Source of the DNA: Massalongia carnosa
Taxonomy: Eukaryota
Length of the DNA: 64,000 nt
Direction: 5' to 3'
NCBI GenBank assembly: GCA_965645245.1
Contig: OZ287070.1
Coordinates: 2,604,001 to 2,668,000 of the forward strand
Shown: positions 59,807 through 64,000 of the stretch, piece after piece
How the letters are laid out: each line of letters begins with the position of its first letter
Position numbering within the stretch: the first letter of the stretch is position 1
The notes under the pieces: model-generated
Databases searched by the model: none
Seen by the model: only the letters and a program-made list of their open reading frames with translations
Told to the model about the DNA's origin: nothing
Made by a program: the position numbers and the translations under genes

Positions 59807-62800
59807 CGTCAGATCAATCAACAATGGATTGCTTTGTACCATCATCCCTGAGCCTCCAGTCACTCCCGGTCAGTCCACATCATAATCGGACCTAGAACCG
59901 CCCAGCGACTGTGATCCTTTCGATCTAAGAGCCAGAACCAAGTCACCAAGCACTTATAATAGCACTCCGTCGGAATCCGGTAAAACCAAACACCAGTTCA
60001 AGCCAGTCCGTTAACAAGGACAATCCATCAAGCTCTTCCAATAAACCCTTTCCATCATGAGTGAAAAAATCTCTGGATCGGGGTCCTATAGCGCTATTGA
60101 TAGGATCCCTAATCTAGTGGACCACGAGGGTTATCCAGCATGGAAGCGAGCCATGCGAGATTGCCTCAAAATGATAGATCTTTGGATCTATTGTGATAAC
60201 ACCGAAGCTGCACCACGCCCAAACGCTCCCAATGATGGCTTCAACAAATGGAAAAAGGGCCAAGATAAGGCCTGCACTGCTCTTCGGTTGGCTTGTGAAG
60301 GAAATGCCTACACCGATATAGAAGACCATACTACTGCTTCCGTCGCCTGGGACCTGCTTGAGTCAAACTATAAGCCTCGCGGTTCGGGATTCCTCAATGA
60401 CACCTTCAGAAAATTAGACAACCTTATCCTATCGGATTGCAGCAGCCCTGCAGACTACGTTACCCAATTCCGCGCGACGGTCAATAAGCTTCGCACCTTC
60501 TCAAGCAAGCTAAGCCTGGACGAAAACTGGCTTATCTATCGCTTCCATACCAATTTAGGCTTCGAATACAACAGCTATTTCGAACGATACGCTCAGGATC
60601 ATGATCCTTTCAATGAAATGGGTGAACCCAAGCACACGTTAAGTCAGGCAATGCAGCATTTCCAAAACACGGTGACCAACCCAAGCAAGTCCAGCGATAA
60701 GGCCGTAATCGCAATGGCAGCTGTTTCAAACGCTCAAACCCAAGCAGGAGCTCAACCCGGAACAGCCCATTCTCGAATCATCACCAAGACCATCAAGTAC
60801 TGCAACCACTGCCGAAAGGACTATCACGTAGAGAGCGAGTGTCGTGAAAAATATCCACACCTCGTTAACCAAGACTCACAGCGTAAGTCCAATAAGCGTC
60901 GCAGGAATTCCAAAAGTCAAGGTCAAAGTCAAAAGTCAACCGGAAATAATGACTCAACCAAAGGAGCCTTCTGCGCCTACATGGCCACCGCGGATATAAC
61001 CAAAATATCTAAACTCTGGATCTGTGACTGGAACTAGCCAACATATTACCCACGATCGCTCCATCTTCACCTCATTCAAGACATCCGATTGCCCTCCAAT
61101 TCAAGGTATTGGAGGAGTATTAATCCCCAAAGGAATAGGTAACGTCATGTTGCGGTGTGCCGGTAACGAGGGTCTTCGGGAGTTCCCTCTTTTCGATGTG
61201 TTATACGTTCCGGACGGAGGCCTAAATCTCATCTCCCAAGGACAATTACAACGAGACGGATGTCCCCTGAAGATTGTACCAGAGGGAATTGAAATCGGGA
61301 ACTATGGTATCATCGCTCGCCGCCAGGACAACAATCTGTATATCCTGAATATGTGGAACGTCTCTGAAGCCGCTCTCGCTCTCGCTGCAATTAATAGCGA
61401 GGCGATAAAAATGTGGCACGCTCGTTTAGGCCATCTTGGAAATCAAAACATTCTCAAGCTCGCTGGAATGTCAAAAGGAATGGACCTCACCAAGCCCCCG
61501 CCCCAAGATGCCTGTCCTCCGTGCGCCATCGCTCAGTCCCAAGTAGAACCACACCGGGCCCCCATCCAACCAGGCAAGCACCCGCTGGACTTAATTCACA
61601 GCGATGTCCAAGGGCCTTTCCCAGAAGCCTTGAATGGCGCCAAATATATGGTGACCTTTCTTTGCGATTTCGATAAACGGTCCCACGTCACCTTACTGCG
61701 CGTCAAAAGCGGAGTCCTTCAAGCCTTTAAAAACTACAAGAAGCAATATGAATATGGGGACAAACGAATTAAGCGCTTGCGATCGGACTGTGGGGGTGAG
61801 TATGACTCCAAAGACTTCGAGAATTTCAGAAACGAGCATGGCATTCAGTGGGAACCTACCGTACCGGGAAATCCACCCATGAACGGGGCAGCCGAGCGCC
61901 TAGGTCAAACGCTTCACAAGTTAGCCAGCACCATGCGAGAAGGCGCTAAACTCGACATCAAATATTGGGCTGAAATGGTTCTCACTGCCAACTACCTAAG
62001 AAATCGACAACCAACTGAGGGACGCTCCATCACCCCCTACGAGTCTCACACCGGCAGCCCACCAGAACTAGGACATCTAAGGATAATAGGACAGACTGGC
62101 TATGCGCAAAATCGCAAGCCCTCCACTGGATGGAAGAAATTTCAGGAACGAGCCACCAAATGTACTTTAGTAGGATACGAAGGCGATCACATCTATCGAA
62201 TGATAAATGCACGGGGCGCGGTCATGCGTTATTCCAATGTTCAGTGGATAGATAACAATCCCCCAACTCCTCCTTCCTTATAATTCTCTCAAACTAAAAG
62301 AGCCCTACATGTTGGACAGTCAGGACCACCCACAAGAAAGCAAAAAATTACCCATCATACGGACGCCCCTCATACGGACTTAGTCGACGCTCATGAATCC
62401 ATAGAATCAATTCCCACTGGACCTCTCCCATCAAACGCTGGACAAGATGCATTGGCAAACCAACTGCCCATTGAGCCTCGGTCCCAGACAGATATTCTCT
62501 CTAAGCACCCAAAACTTCGTGCCCCCTCGCCTGAACCACTAGCTCTTTTGGCTCTTCTTGCTCGAGCCAATGACCCAGAGCCATACGAGCCTAAAACCTA
62601 TAAGCAGGCCGTAGATAGTTGTGAGGAAAAGGATTGGCGAAGGGCAATGCAGGAAGAAATTGACTCTATCAACGAAAATGATACCTGGATCCTCACCTCC
62701 CTGCCCCCGGACCGCAAAGCCCTGCGAGGCAAATGGGTTTATAAAATCAAACGAGGCCCGGCTGGCGAGATTCTTCGTTACAAGGCTCGATGGGTAGTCA

Positions 62801-64000
62801 GAGGCTTTGAGCAACGTGAAGGCATTGACTACAATGAGACTTTTGCTTCAGTAGTGAAGCCAATGAGCTATAAAGCCATCTTCGCTATCGCTGCAGCCAA
62901 TGACTTGGGAAATTCACCAAATGGACGTAAAAACAGCCTTCTTTTACTGAAGGGTGGACGAGGAAATCTACGTGGAGCAACCAACCGGTCTGGATGACGG
63001 GTCAACGAGAGTTTGCAAGTTGAAGAAAGCTTTTTATGGCCTGAAACAGTCGTCTATAATCTGGTATGAAACGATCACTACTTTTTTCAAGTCTCATGAA
63101 TTCGTTCCAGTCAACGCCGACCTTAGCGTTTTCGTTAAAGAAGGGGTTATCGTAGCCATTTACGTCGATGATTTAATCATCACTGGCTCTTCTTCTTCCG
63201 AGATACAACGTGTCAAGAAACTGCTGAGCGACGAGTTCTCGATGGTTGATTTAGGCCCTATCAATTACTACCTGGGCATGACGATAACTCGGGATCGGGC
63301 TAATAGGATTCTTCGCCTTGGTCAGCAGGCCTATCTGGAAAAAGTACTACGCGACCATGGCATGTGGGACACTAACCCCGTAGCTACCCCGATGGATGGG
63401 CGACTGGAGGCTGCACCAGAGGGCCATCAGGCCACAGATGACTCTCGCCTCCGCTACCAATCAGCGGTGGGCTCTCTCATGTATGCTATGCTAGGCACTA
63501 GGCCTGACTTAGCCTACGCCGTATCGGTGGTCAGCCGCTATGCCTCGAACCCGACCGATACGCACTGGAAGGCAGTCAAACGCATCTTTCGATACATCAA
63601 GGGCACTCTACCATTGCAGTTAACATACAAAGGTCACTTACAACCCTTGAACGGTTACACTGACGCGGATTGGGCCGGAGATCATCATACCCGAAGGTCT
63701 ACCTCTGGCTTCGTGTTTAATGTGGGTAGTGGCGCTATTAGCTGGTCTTCCAAACGACAACCGACCGTAGCCCTATCTTCATGCGAAGCCGAGTACATGG
63801 GTCAGACTCAAGCCACCAAGGAAGCCGTCTGGTTGTCTAGTCTTCTCGAGCAACTTTCAGCACCTCACGTCCCTGGGAATCACTCTCTCCAAACCCAGAG
63901 CACCTCTGTAGCCCTTGCCTGCTTGCCTACATCTTTCGCCCTAAATGCTATCATCATTCACTGCGACAATCAAGGAGCAATGGCTTTGGCCAAAAATCCC
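59807..64000 (+). mobile_element. Degenerate Ty1/Copia element C, runs off the window end
   Basis: gag with CNHC..H..C (60057-61037), frameshift at the protease motif near 61028, integrase WHARLGH / HSDV / SDCGGEY, TAA at 62281, RT YKARWVVRG, frameshift near 62908, IYVDD, RNase H YTDADWAG / CEAEY / CDNQ. No 5' LTR seen. Confidence 0.92.

Noticed and set aside
61015..61040. Programmed gag/pol frameshift in Copia C
   Set aside because: The shift falls inside the protease D-T-G motif and the element has other lesions, so a small deletion is more likely.
1..64000. Starship captain, tRNA or rRNA genes
   Set aside because: No tyrosine-recombinase-like ORF or structural RNA gene was recognisable by eye; a covariance-model search was not possible.

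Overview
Fungal (filamentous ascomycete-type, short GT-AG introns) transposon-rich accessory region; roughly half of the window is mobile DNA. 1-17.7 kb is a nest of elements: a degenerate Copia with an intact Copia (identical LTRs) inside it, a MULE and a hAT each carrying a solo LTR. 17.7-31.2 kb holds an inverted, tail-to-tail pair of NACHT-ankyrin NLR genes: a 5'-truncated pseudogene with 12 ANK repeats and a near-intact copy with 22 almost identical repeats. The near-intact NLR sits head-to-head with a kinase-SEL1-ankyrin gene, which is tail-to-tail with a HeLo + pseudokinase (MLKL-like architecture) gene. This three-gene block is the best candidate for an undescribed system, a receptor/kinase/executioner cell-death module, although both kinase genes carry inactivating lesions here. 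38.4-43.6 kb is a MULE with a nested pogo/Fot1 element. 43.6-56.3 kb is a decayed cluster (HR-PKS, divergent alpha/beta-hydrolase, P450 fragment). The window ends with a Tad1-like LINE and a third degenerate Copia. Domain names come from motif recognition by eye, not database searches.
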